Source: Thermodesulfobacteriota bacterium
Lineage (GTDB): Bacteria; Desulfobacterota; GWC2-55-46; JADFVP01
Reading direction: 5' to 3'
Assembly (NCBI GenBank): GCA_046754225.1
Contig: JBHHVI010000002.1
Coordinates: forward strand, 7,810 to 71,809
Length of the DNA stretch: 64,000 nucleotides
Part shown: in pieces, positions 52,270 to 60,935 of the stretch
Position numbering within the stretch: the first letter of the stretch is position 1
Layout: the number at the start of each line of letters is the position of its first letter
Program-made: the position numbers and the translations under genes
The notes under the pieces: generated by a model
Databases searched by the model: none
Told to the model about the DNA's origin: nothing
Seen by the model: only the letters and a program-made list of their open reading frames with translations

Positions 52270-52671
52270 AATTTCCTCCTTCTTGGTTGTTTTTTACGCT
52301 AAGAATATTAGGGTTTATTCGATTTATTCAATACCTGGCCGGCCAAAGACTTTTCAGTAATGACAGTCCGCCTTCCGGAGGCAGGTAAAAAAAACAATAA
52401 TTTTTTTTATTTAAAGGTATTATCCAAGCTCACCGGCCCATTCAAGTTGATATGGTGAGTATTCGTGAAGCGGACTCAATAATTTGCGTCAAAAGGCCCT
52501 TTCAAGGCTGAGTAGTTTTTTCTTGAGTTTTAGAAGTTTGAAACGGACTTATAGTGCGTTGCTTATATAAAATGCAATCACTGTGCCAGAATGGCAGGTT
52601 AAAAAAATATTTAGACAAAACAGACAGATGTGGCCATTCGTTTACTTTTATATAAAGTTATTATTTATTTT

Positions 52672-52700
52672 TGTGCATATCTTTTTGGGCACTATGCACA
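52672..52700. promoter_or_regulatory. Inverted repeat TGTGCATA-N13-TATGCACA in the AT-rich spoVG/glgB intergenic region
   Basis: The repeat has perfect 8-bp arms, read directly from the sequence. It lies about 210 bp upstream of the glgB ATG. Confidence 0.3.
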
Positions 52701-52907
52701 ATTTATTGTATAGATTAAATAAAAAGCAATCTGCCCATCAATATAATATGTACGGGACTTCGCCCCTATAAAAACGTGGCCGGGGGCTTCAAAATATTTA
52801 TTTTAGAAAAGCTCCTACTATGTGTTAAATTGTATTCCGATGTTTCTTGAGGGGCGGCTGCCGGGAAAGACCTTTACACGGAAAAATCACACTACGGGAT
52901 TTGATAA

Positions 52908-54839
52908 ATGGAGAAAACCAACAGGGGCCCCGTAATCTACGGTACGGGACACATAACGGACCATGACATATACCTCTTCAAGGAGGGGAGCCACTTTAAT
53001 CTCTACAATATACTCGGCTCCCACATAGCCATAGTCAACGGCGTAAGGGGGGCCGACTTCGCCGTGTGGGCGCCTGACGCCCAGTCGGTTTCAGTTGTAG
53101 GGGACTTCAACGGTTGGGACCCCTGTTCCCATCCCCTGAGGGTAAGGGACGACTGGTCCGGCATCTGGGAGGGGTTTATACCATCGGCCGAGGAGGGGAT
53201 GGTCTACAAATACCATATAGTATCCAGGCACAGCGGCTACAGGGTGGACAAGGCCGACCCCTATTCCTTTTACTGCGAGAGGCCGCCGAAGACCGCCTCG
53301 ATTGTAAGGGGCCTTGGTTACACCTGGGGCGACTCGGGGTGGATGGAGAAGAGGGGAAGAGAAAAGTCCCTTAACAGCCCCATCTCCATCTATGAGCTCC
53401 ACCCCGGCTCCTGGATGAGGGTGCCCGGGGAGGGCGGCCGGTATCTGAACTACAGGGAACTGGCCGTGCGCCTGGCCGATTATGTGGTAGAGATGGGTTT
53501 TACACACGTGGAACTGACGCCCGTAATGGAGCACCCTTTTTACGGCTCATGGGGATACCAGACCACCGGGTACTTCGCCCCCACGTCGAGATTCGGCACC
53601 CCGCAGGATTTCATGTATTTTGTCGACTTGCTCCATCAAAGGGGCATAGGGGTTATACTCGACTGGGTACCGTCGCATTTCCCTTCCGACGAGCACGGCA
53701 TCGGGTTCTTCGACGGCACCCACCTCTACGAACACGCCGACCCGAGGAAGGGTTTTCACCCCGACTGGAACAGTTTTATCTTCAATTACGGCAGGAACGA
53801 GGTGCGCTCTTTCCTCATAAGCAGCGCGCTATTCTGGCTCGACACCTATCACGTAGACGGCATAAGGGTCGATGCCGTGGCCTCCATGCTCTACCTCGAC
53901 TATTCGAGAAAAGAGGGGGAGTGGATACCGAACGAGTTCGGAGGCAGGGAGAACCTTGAGGCGGTAAGCCTCATAAGGAGGCTCAATGAGGCGGTCTATG
54001 AGAAATTCCCCGACGTGCATATGATAGCCGAGGAGTCCACGTCGTGGCCAGCCGTCTCAAGGCCCGTCTACCTGGGGGGGCTCGGCTTCGGAATGAAGTG
54101 GAACATGGGCTGGATGCACGACACCATCGAATATTTCAGGGCAGAGCCGCTTTTCAGAAAATACCGCCATAACGACGTCACCTTCAGCCTCTGGTACGCC
54201 TTCAGCGAGAATTTCGTCCTCCCCTTCTCACACGACGAGGTCGTACACGGCAAGGGGTCCATGCTCGGCAAGATGCCCGGCGACGAGTGGCAGAGGTTCG
54301 CCAACCTCCGTCTCCTCTACGGCCTCATGTACGGCCACCCCGGCAAAAAACTCCTCTTTATGGGTTGTGAATTCGGTCAGGTCAGGGAATGGACTCACGA
54401 GGAGAGCCTTGAGTGGCACGTGTTGGAGTACCCGCTACACAGCGGCATGAAATTGTGGGTAGGCGACCTTAACCGCCTTTACAGGAGCGAGCCCTCCCTC
54501 TATGAACTCGATTTTGTAACCGAAGGCTTCAGGTGGGTGGATAACCATAACTGGGAGGAGAGCATCCTGTGCTTTTTGAGAAACAGCGCGAAGCTCAATG
54601 ATAATATGCTCGTTATCTGTAACTTCACGCCCGTGGTAAGGTCGAGTTACAGGGTAGGCGTGCCTTACGGGGGTTTCTGGCGGGAACGCCTTAACAGCGA
54701 CGGCAGAGAGTACGGCGGGAGCGGCGTGGGTAACACCGGCGGCGCCACTGCCGACCCCATAGAGCATAACGGCTACCCCTTTTCAATAGAGATAACGCTG
54801 CCTCCCCTCGCGGCGCTCTTCTTCAAGGCCGAAGGATAA
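52908..54839 (+). CDS. glgB: 1,4-alpha-glucan branching enzyme
   Basis: 643-aa ORF with a CBM48 N-terminus and GH13 catalytic motifs ([24 protein letters not shown]). Confidence 0.96.
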   Translation: MEKTNRGPVIYGTGHITDHDIYLFKEGSHFNLYNILGSHIAIVNGVRGADFAVWAPDAQSVSVVGDFNGWDPCSHPLRVRDDWSGIWEGFIPSAEEGMVYKYHIVSRHSGYRVDKADPYSFYCERPPKTASIVRGLGYTWGDSGWMEKRGREKSLNSPISIYELHPGSWMRVPGEGGRYLNYRELAVRLADYVVEMGFTHVELTPVMEHPFYGSWGYQTTGYFAPTSRFGTPQDFMYFVDLLHQRGIGVILDWVPSHFPSDEHGIGFFDGTHLYEHADPRKGFHPDWNSFIFNYGRNEVRSFLISSALFWLDTYHVDGIRVDAVASMLYLDYSRKEGEWIPNEFGGRENLEAVSLIRRLNEAVYEKFPDVHMIAEESTSWPAVSRPVYLGGLGFGMKWNMGWMHDTIEYFRAEPLFRKYRHNDVTFSLWYAFSENFVLPFSHDEVVHGKGSMLGKMPGDEWQRFANLRLLYGLMYGHPGKKLLFMGCEFGQVREWTHEESLEWHVLEYPLHSGMKLWVGDLNRLYRSEPSLYELDFVTEGFRWVDNHNWEESILCFLRNSAKLNDNMLVICNFTPVVRSSYRVGVPYGGFWRERLNSDGREYGGSGVGNTGGATADPIEHNGYPFSIEITLPPLAALFFKAEG

Positions 54840-54857
54840 ACCCCTCTGCGTCTTTTC

Positions 54858-56069
54858 TCAATCGCCCGTGCCTTCGTAAACAATCCTGTACACAGCGCCG
54901 GCCTTGTCGTCGGAGAGATAGAGGGCGCCGTCGGCCCCGACAACGGGGTCCACGGGCCTGCCCCAGACGTGGTAGTCCGTCAGCCAGCCCGTAATGAAAT
55001 CTACGGGCTCCTCTGCGGCCGGTCTTCCTTTCTTAAAAGGTATGGTAACGAGCTTATACCCGGTGGGCACTGTCCTGTTCCACGAGCCGTGGAAGGCCAC
55101 AAAGAGTCCCTCTTTATACTTTTCCGGAAAATTCAAGCCCTTGCCGAAGGTGATGCCCAGAGGCGCCGAATGGGCCTGCATCTTAACCGCCGGAGGTATC
55201 GTCCCCTTGCACCTCTCTACCGAGCCGTAATCAGGATCGGGTGTTTTATCGCCGTAACAGAAGGGCCAACCGAAGTCCCCTCCCTCTTTTATGTTATTCA
55301 GTTCCTCGGGAGGCAGGTCGTTACCGAGCCAGTCCCTGCCGTTATCCACGCCCCAGAGTTCGCCCGAAACAAAATCAAAGGTTATGCCCACGGAATTTCT
55401 GAGCCCGGAGGCGAAAATTTTTCCCTTGCCCCCCCCTTCACCCCCGGCAAACCTCAGTACCGTTGCCCTCCTCCTCTCTTTTTCAACGCAGACGTTACAG
55501 CTCGAACCGACTGATACATAAAGGGCCCTGTCAGGCCCCATAACGACTGTACGGGTCCAGTGGCCGCCGCCGTACGGGATTTCCTTTGTAATAACCTTTT
55601 TTACGTCGGCCTTATGGTCTCCGTTGGTATCCCTGAGGAGGACGAGGGCGCCCGTTTCCGCCACAATCAGATCCCCACCCCTGAATACAAGGCCGTGGGG
55701 GCTGTCAAGCCCATCGGCGTAGACTATAACCTCGTCGGCCGCCCCATCGTGGTCCCTGTCAGGAAGCACCACAATCTTACCCTCTCTCGGAAGGCTGAGG
55801 TAAATGAAGCCGTCAGGCCCTACGGCCATGAACCTCGGAGTCATGAAGCCGGAGGCGAAGACCGATACCTTAAAGCCGGCAGGGGCGTACAAGCTCCTTT
55901 TTTGAATAAAGGGCCTCTTCCTCCATTTTGCCGGCACTTTGACGATGACCTTTTCAAGACCCGCCTCCACCGGAGGCGTCCTGGCCGCGCCGTGAGAAAC
56001 CAGCGGCGACGCGATAATAACGATAAAAATTATGGTGGAGATGTTAAGTAAATACCTTACTTTTCTCAT
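54858..56069 (-). CDS. PQQ-dependent sugar (glucose/sorbosone) dehydrogenase family, secreted beta-propeller
   Basis: 403-aa ORF with a signal peptide. It has the GLDSPHGL, GGHWTR, RNSVG and FGWPFCYG motifs typical of soluble aldose sugar dehydrogenases. Confidence 0.78.
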   Translation of the reverse strand: MRKVRYLLNISTIIFIVIIASPLVSHGAARTPPVEAGLEKVIVKVPAKWRKRPFIQKRSLYAPAGFKVSVFASGFMTPRFMAVGPDGFIYLSLPREGKIVVLPDRDHDGAADEVIVYADGLDSPHGLVFRGGDLIVAETGALVLLRDTNGDHKADVKKVITKEIPYGGGHWTRTVVMGPDRALYVSVGSSCNVCVEKERRRATVLRFAGGEGGGKGKIFASGLRNSVGITFDFVSGELWGVDNGRDWLGNDLPPEELNNIKEGGDFGWPFCYGDKTPDPDYGSVERCKGTIPPAVKMQAHSAPLGITFGKGLNFPEKYKEGLFVAFHGSWNRTVPTGYKLVTIPFKKGRPAAEEPVDFITGWLTDYHVWGRPVDPVVGADGALYLSDDKAGAVYRIVYEGTGD

Positions 56070-56179
56070 GGCATCAAAAGACCTTCCATTTTTTTAAATA
56101 ATACCAGAAGAACGGGCGATTCGGCAATTTTTTTAAAAGGTGCTATATTAAATGAAGTGCAATTATCGGGAAAAGGCTT

Positions 56180-57196
56180 ATGTTTGTAAAAAGAAAAAAA
56201 CCATGGGAGACCATTTGGGGCCGGGTAACTCCCCCGCTAACTCCAAAGATAACGCCCGAAGAGATTTATATCGAGAGGAGGCGTTTCATAAAATCCATGG
56301 CCGGTTACGGCCTGATGGCCGGGGTCTTTTTATCAGGCGCCGGGGGCCTTTTTAACCCCACGGCCATTTTCGCCATGGGCAAAAAACCGCCCCTCATAGA
56401 TATCCCCAAAACGCCCACTTCCGGGCTCTACCCCGCGAAAAGGAACGGCCGTTTTACCGTAAAAAGGGCTCTTACGGAGGAAAAAATCGCCGCCGCCTAC
56501 AATAATTTTTACGAGTTTTCGACGAATAAAGACGTCTGGAAGTATGTAGAGGGTTTTAAACACAGGCCCTGGACGGTGGAGGTAACAGGGCTCGTAAAAA
56601 GGCCCAGGGTCTACGACGTTGACGACCTCGTCAAAAAAATGGGCCTCGAAGAGAGGGTCTACAGGTTCCGCTGCGTAGAGGCCTGGGCCATGACCGTGCC
56701 GTGGACGGGCTTTCCCATGAAAAGATTCCTGAACCTCGTGGAGCCGCTTTCAGGGGCGAAATATGTGCGGTTTCAGACTCTCTATGATAAGGAGGTTTTC
56801 CCCAACCAAAAACTCAGGTTCTGGCTCCCCTGGCCTTATGAAGAGGGGCTTACCATAAAAGAGGCGGCCAACACACTGACGCTCCTCGCCACGGGCATCT
56901 ACGGCCACGAGCTGCCCGCTCAGCACGGCTCGCCCATAAGGCTTATCGTCCCGTGGAAATACGGTTTCAAGAACATAAAGTCAATTGTGAGGATAGAATT
57001 CACCGATAAACGTCCGGAAACCTTCTGGAATACCCTTACCCCTGAAGAGTACGGTTTTGTATCGAACGTAAACCCCGAGGTGGATCACCCCAGGTGGTCT
57101 CAGGCTACTGAAAAGATAATAGGCACTGGCAAAAGGGTAAATACGGTGAAATACAACGGCTACGGCGAGTTTGTGGCGGGGTTGTATGAGGGGTAG
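56180..57196 (+). CDS. msrP: Protein-methionine-sulfoxide reductase catalytic subunit MsrP (YedY, molybdopterin)
   Basis: 338-aa ORF with the Tat motif RRRFIKSM and conserved YNNFYEF, RCVEAWAM and PIRLIVPWKYGFK motifs. Confidence 0.9.
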   Translation: MFVKRKKPWETIWGRVTPPLTPKITPEEIYIERRRFIKSMAGYGLMAGVFLSGAGGLFNPTAIFAMGKKPPLIDIPKTPTSGLYPAKRNGRFTVKRALTEEKIAAAYNNFYEFSTNKDVWKYVEGFKHRPWTVEVTGLVKRPRVYDVDDLVKKMGLEERVYRFRCVEAWAMTVPWTGFPMKRFLNLVEPLSGAKYVRFQTLYDKEVFPNQKLRFWLPWPYEEGLTIKEAANTLTLLATGIYGHELPAQHGSPIRLIVPWKYGFKNIKSIVRIEFTDKRPETFWNTLTPEEYGFVSNVNPEVDHPRWSQATEKIIGTGKRVNTVKYNGYGEFVAGLYEG

Positions 57197-57212
57197 TTCC
57201 TTTACGGGCGGC

Positions 57213-57875
57213 TTAGCCCGCCTCTTCGCTTAAAAATTTCTTGAACCAGTCGGCGGCCATTACCGCCACCTCCTCAAGGGCGCCGGGCTCCTCAAAGAGG
57301 TGCGTGGCGCCGGGGATTACCTTCAATTCCTTTTTGCATGCGAGGAGTTCGAGAGACTTTTTGTTAAGCTCCAAGACCACGTCGTCGCTTCCTCCCACTA
57401 TGAAGAGCGTGGGACACTCCACGCCGCGAAGACTCTCATCGGCCATGTCCGTCCTTCCGCCCCTCGACACGACGGCCCTTATAAAGGGCGCCATCTTTAC
57501 CGCCGCCCGGAGCGCTGCGGCTGCCCCGGTGGAAGCCCCGAAATAACCGATACCGAGCGTCGCTGTACCCTCATTGTCCTTAAGCCACCTTGTGGAGGCC
57601 TCGAGCCTCGCGGTCAGGAGATCAATATCGAACCTCCTTGAATAATCCCTGTCCTCTTCAGCTGTAAGGAGGTCCATTAGAAGAGTAGCGAGACCGTTCT
57701 CCCTCAATACGCCCGCGACAAAGTTATTCCTCGGGCTCAATCTGCTCGAACCGCTGCCGTGGGCGAAAATGACTATTCCCGAGGCCCCGGCTGGAACAGA
57801 AAGGGCGCCTTCGAGGCTCGCGCCGTCGGCGTCGATTCTCACAAGCGTTTCCTTGAGCTCTGATGGTTCGTCCAT
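57213..57875 (-). CDS. Dienelactone hydrolase-family alpha/beta hydrolase
   Basis: 220-aa ORF with the nucleophile elbow GYFGASTGA, a C-terminal GATHLFEE motif and an overall DLH-like length. Confidence 0.75.
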   Translation of the reverse strand: MDEPSELKETLVRIDADGASLEGALSVPAGASGIVIFAHGSGSSRLSPRNNFVAGVLRENGLATLLMDLLTAEEDRDYSRRFDIDLLTARLEASTRWLKDNEGTATLGIGYFGASTGAAAALRAAVKMAPFIRAVVSRGGRTDMADESLRGVECPTLFIVGGSDDVVLELNKKSLELLACKKELKVIPGATHLFEEPGALEEVAVMAADWFKKFLSEEAG

Positions 57876-57966
57876 ATTCCTGAGTTTAGTTATAGAAGAT
57901 TATTGTATCCATTCACTGGCGCCCTTCATCGATACATAATACCACCCGCCCGGGATTGAGCAAAAA

Positions 57967-58074
57967 TCAACTACAGGAACATTGAGAGGATTCCTTGCCG
58001 CAACCGCTGCAGACGCCGTTCTCAATCGGCTTTCCGCATTTCGCACAGGGCGAACATCCGCAAGTCTGACACAT
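57967..58074 (-). CDS. Unannotated 35-aa cysteine-rich peptide (metallothionein-like candidate)
   Basis: The ORF is below the track cutoff. The reverse strand reads ATG TGT CAG ACT TGC GGA TGT ... TGA, giving MCQTCGCSPCAKCGKPIENGVCSGCGKESSQCSCS (9 Cys). GGAGG lies 6 nt upstream of the ATG, and the ORF has its own -35/-10 promoter. Confidence 0.55.
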   Translation of the reverse strand: MCQTCGCSPCAKCGKPIENGVCSGCGKESSQCSCS

Positions 58075-58127
58075 GGCACGCCTCCTCTTTAACGTTCAAC
58101 TCATCAAAAAACTCATCTTATATAGTA

Positions 58128-58156
58128 ATTATTTACCCTCAATCCCCTTTTGTCAA
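58128..58156 (-). promoter_or_regulatory. sigma-70-like promoter for the Cys-rich small ORF
   Basis: The minus strand reads TTGACA-17 nt-AATAAT, giving a predicted leader of about 47 nt containing the Shine-Dalgarno sequence. Confidence 0.4.
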
Positions 58157-58172
58157 ACAGGCCCCTTTGAGT

Positions 58173-58799
58173 CTAACTCTCTGAGGTCTGCCCCGTCAAT
58201 TGTCTTACAATCTTCGTCACATGCATCCCCTGAAACCTGGCCATTTCAAGCTCGTTCTTGCTGGGCTTGCGGCTGCCGTCGGGGGCCGCTATGGTCGTAG
58301 CGCCGTAGGGGCTTCCCCCTGTTATCTCCTCGAGGGTCATCTGCCTCTTCTCTGTATAGGGCAGGCCGACTATCACCATGCCGTGGTGGAGAAGTGTCGT
58401 ATGGAAACTCAATATGGTGGACTCCTGCCCGCCGTGCTGCGTGGCCGTGGAGGCGAAAACGCTTCCCACTTTGCCCACAAGGGCGCCCTTAAGCCATAAC
58501 TGCCCCGTGGCGTCAAGAAAGGCGCGCATCTGGGCGCACATGTTGCCGAACCGTGTCGGCGTGCCGAAGATAATCCCGTCCGCCGCGGCGAGGTCCTCCA
58601 CCTTCGCCACGGGGATATTGGCGAATTGTTTTTTGGCCTCCACGGCGTGCATCTTCTCAATCACCTCCTCAGGGAGCGTTTCAGGGACCTGGGATATTTT
58701 TACCTGCGCCCCATCTATGCTCCTTGCCCCCTCGGCAACCGCCTCGGCCATCTGGTATACATGGCCGTAGAGGCTGTAAAAGACAATATGAATCTTCAT
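58173..58799 (-). CDS. wrbA: NAD(P)H:quinone oxidoreductase WrbA (flavodoxin-like)
   Basis: 208-aa ORF beginning [21 protein letters not shown], with GTPTRFGNM... and GGQE motifs. Confidence 0.9.
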   Translation of the reverse strand: MKIHIVFYSLYGHVYQMAEAVAEGARSIDGAQVKISQVPETLPEEVIEKMHAVEAKKQFANIPVAKVEDLAAADGIIFGTPTRFGNMCAQMRAFLDATGQLWLKGALVGKVGSVFASTATQHGGQESTILSFHTTLLHHGMVIVGLPYTEKRQMTLEEITGGSPYGATTIAAPDGSRKPSKNELEMARFQGMHVTKIVRQLTGQTSES

Positions 58800-58826
58800 C
58801 GGAAAACCTCCTTCAGTGATTTTTAC

Positions 58827-60215
58827 CTATAGTTTATTCAAACCGTTCAGCGCCGCTGACTTGTAACCGTCTGACAGGGTGGGATAGTTAAATACCACAT
58901 CCTTGAAATAATCGATAGTCCCCCCGAAGTTCATTACGGCCTGGCCTATATGTATGAGCTCCGAGGCCTTCTCCCCCACGATGTGCACGCCGAGGAGCCT
59001 TTTATCCTCCCTGTTGAATATAAGTTTTATCATACCGTAGACGTCTCCGGCAATCTGACCCCTCGCCACCTCCTCGAAATAGGCGGTGCCAACCTCGTAG
59101 GGTATATTCCTGGCCGTAAGCTCCTCCTCGGTCTCGCCCACCATGGATACCTCGGGAATGGTGTAGATACCAAAGGGCATGTACCCCGTTATCTCGCAGG
59201 TCAGCCCCTCTCTCTGAAAGGCGTGGCATACGGCGCGCCTGCCCTGCTCCCTTGACGTAGAGGCGAGTGAAGGGAACCCTATTACATCGCCTACGGCGTA
59301 GATATTTGGGGCCTCTGTCTGATAATTTTCGTTTACGAGGATTTCGCCTCTCTTACCGGTCTTGATCCCGGCCGCGCCGAGGTTCAATTTGTCGGAGTTC
59401 CCGGACCTTCCCATAGTATAAAGAAGTTTTTCCGAGACTACAAACTTTGTGCTCTTAAGGCGGGTTAAAACCCTGCCCGGCCTCTCGACAGTAATGCCCG
59501 AGACCTCCTCGGAGAGTTTCAATGTCACGCCGGAGTGTCTCATGCGGTACATGAGGCTCTCGGAAATCTCCCCGTCGGCAAAGCTCAATATCCTCTTCCG
59601 CTTCTCAATAAGGGTGACCTTGACGCCGAGGGCGGAAAAGATGGACGCGTATTCAGAGCCGATAACGCCTCCCCCTATGATAGCAATGGTGGATGGTATC
59701 CTGTCTATCCTGAGTATGGTGTCGCTGTCGTATATGTGGTCACTGTCAAAGGGCATTTGGGGGGGTCGCGCGGGCCTTGAACCGGTGGCGAGCACTATGA
59801 AATCCCCGCAGAACTCCTCCTCCGAACCCTCCCTTCCCTTTACGGCCACCCTGTGTTCGTCCTGAAGAGAACCCTCGCCGTAAACAACCTCTATGTTATT
59901 CCTTCTGAACTGCTCCAGGACAACTTCCATCTGCCTTCTTATTACATCGGACTTCTTATACATCAACTCGGTAAGGGTTATATCTCTTCCGGGAACGAAC
60001 TGGAATCCGAATACCGCCCTCTGCTTGATGCCTGAGAGGTAAAGGGCCGTCTCCCTCAAGGTCTTACTCGGAAGGGTCCCGGTATGGAGACCGGCGCCGC
60101 CTATGTAGGGATCCCGCTCTATGACCGCGACCTTTTTTCCGAGTTTCGCCGCCTGTATGGCGGCTTTCTCGCCGCCGGGCCCTGAGCCTATTATCAGGAT
60201 ATCGTACCTTTTCAT
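58827..60215 (-). CDS. sthA: Soluble pyridine nucleotide transhydrogenase-like flavoprotein (SthA family)
   Basis: 462-aa ORF with FAD (GSGPGG) and NAD (GGGVIGSEYA) folds. The disulfide-reductase CxxxxC site is replaced by GGAGLHTGTLPSK, as expected for SthA rather than Lpd. Confidence 0.7.
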   Translation of the reverse strand: MKRYDILIIGSGPGGEKAAIQAAKLGKKVAVIERDPYIGGAGLHTGTLPSKTLRETALYLSGIKQRAVFGFQFVPGRDITLTELMYKKSDVIRRQMEVVLEQFRRNNIEVVYGEGSLQDEHRVAVKGREGSEEEFCGDFIVLATGSRPARPPQMPFDSDHIYDSDTILRIDRIPSTIAIIGGGVIGSEYASIFSALGVKVTLIEKRKRILSFADGEISESLMYRMRHSGVTLKLSEEVSGITVERPGRVLTRLKSTKFVVSEKLLYTMGRSGNSDKLNLGAAGIKTGKRGEILVNENYQTEAPNIYAVGDVIGFPSLASTSREQGRRAVCHAFQREGLTCEITGYMPFGIYTIPEVSMVGETEEELTARNIPYEVGTAYFEEVARGQIAGDVYGMIKLIFNREDKRLLGVHIVGEKASELIHIGQAVMNFGGTIDYFKDVVFNYPTLSDGYKSAALNGLNKL

Positions 60216-60225
60216 AACAAACCCC

Positions 60226-60894
60226 CTAATTCAACTCAAAAAAGCCGTCCCCAAACCCTCCGCCCGTCTCGAGGTCATACATCCCGACCTCTTCGGTGAG
60301 CGCGCCCAATTCGTCCAGGGCGCGCACCTTCAGGGGCAGATAGCTCATTTTATCCAGCCACAGTATATAACTGTTAACACCATTTGAGGTAAAACCTTTT
60401 TTACCCGTAACGCTCACCTTTAAAACGGCCTTTCCCTGAATAGTTGCCTCTCCGAGGGTTTTTACCGCCCCCTCGGCCCTGACCCTCATAACGTTTTCAA
60501 GGAGCGCCCCTATGTCGGACCTATCCACCCTGTGCCCCCTGGAGCTTCTTATGAGCCGGCTTTCGGGGCGGAGGACGAGCACAAAAGCCTTCAGGAAGGA
60601 GAAGGGGCGTAGCCGCACCTCCCTCTTTTCGGGGTTGTACACAAGGACGGCCCCCCTGTGGGGATGAATGAACTCCATCCTCACGAAGCCGGGCCTTTTG
60701 TAAAAGTACCTTATAGTCTCACTGTCGGAGCCTGACCTCGACTCAAGGGTCACGCTGTAAGAGGCGATATTCTTATAGCTCTCCATTGCCTTCAGAACAG
60801 GTTCGGGCGCAGGCGCGGAAAGCGTTGCCATTATCAGAGCCAGGAGCATACTCATTGGACCATGACCTTTTTTTTCAGACAAGGGGCCGGACAC
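60226..60894 (-). CDS. Hypothetical periplasmic protein (LolA/DUF1571-like fold suspected)
   Basis: 222-aa ORF with a signal-like N-terminus and beta-rich sequence. The family assignment is tentative. Confidence 0.5.
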   Translation of the reverse strand: MSGPLSEKKGHGPMSMLLALIMATLSAPAPEPVLKAMESYKNIASYSVTLESRSGSDSETIRYFYKRPGFVRMEFIHPHRGAVLVYNPEKREVRLRPFSFLKAFVLVLRPESRLIRSSRGHRVDRSDIGALLENVMRVRAEGAVKTLGEATIQGKAVLKVSVTGKKGFTSNGVNSYILWLDKMSYLPLKVRALDELGALTEEVGMYDLETGGGFGDGFFELN

Positions 60895-60935
60895 TCCGTC
60901 TCAAGGCCCCTTAAGGAATCCGGCAATCGCCGGGA

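Noticed and set aside
52366-52386. CCGGAAGG-containing hairpin reminiscent of the SRP RNA (4.5S) domain IV GGAA tetraloop.
   Set aside because: Only the tetraloop and two flanking pairs match. The conserved symmetric and asymmetric loop sequences (for example AGCA) and the long closing helix are absent, and the flanks are AT-rich homopolymer runs.
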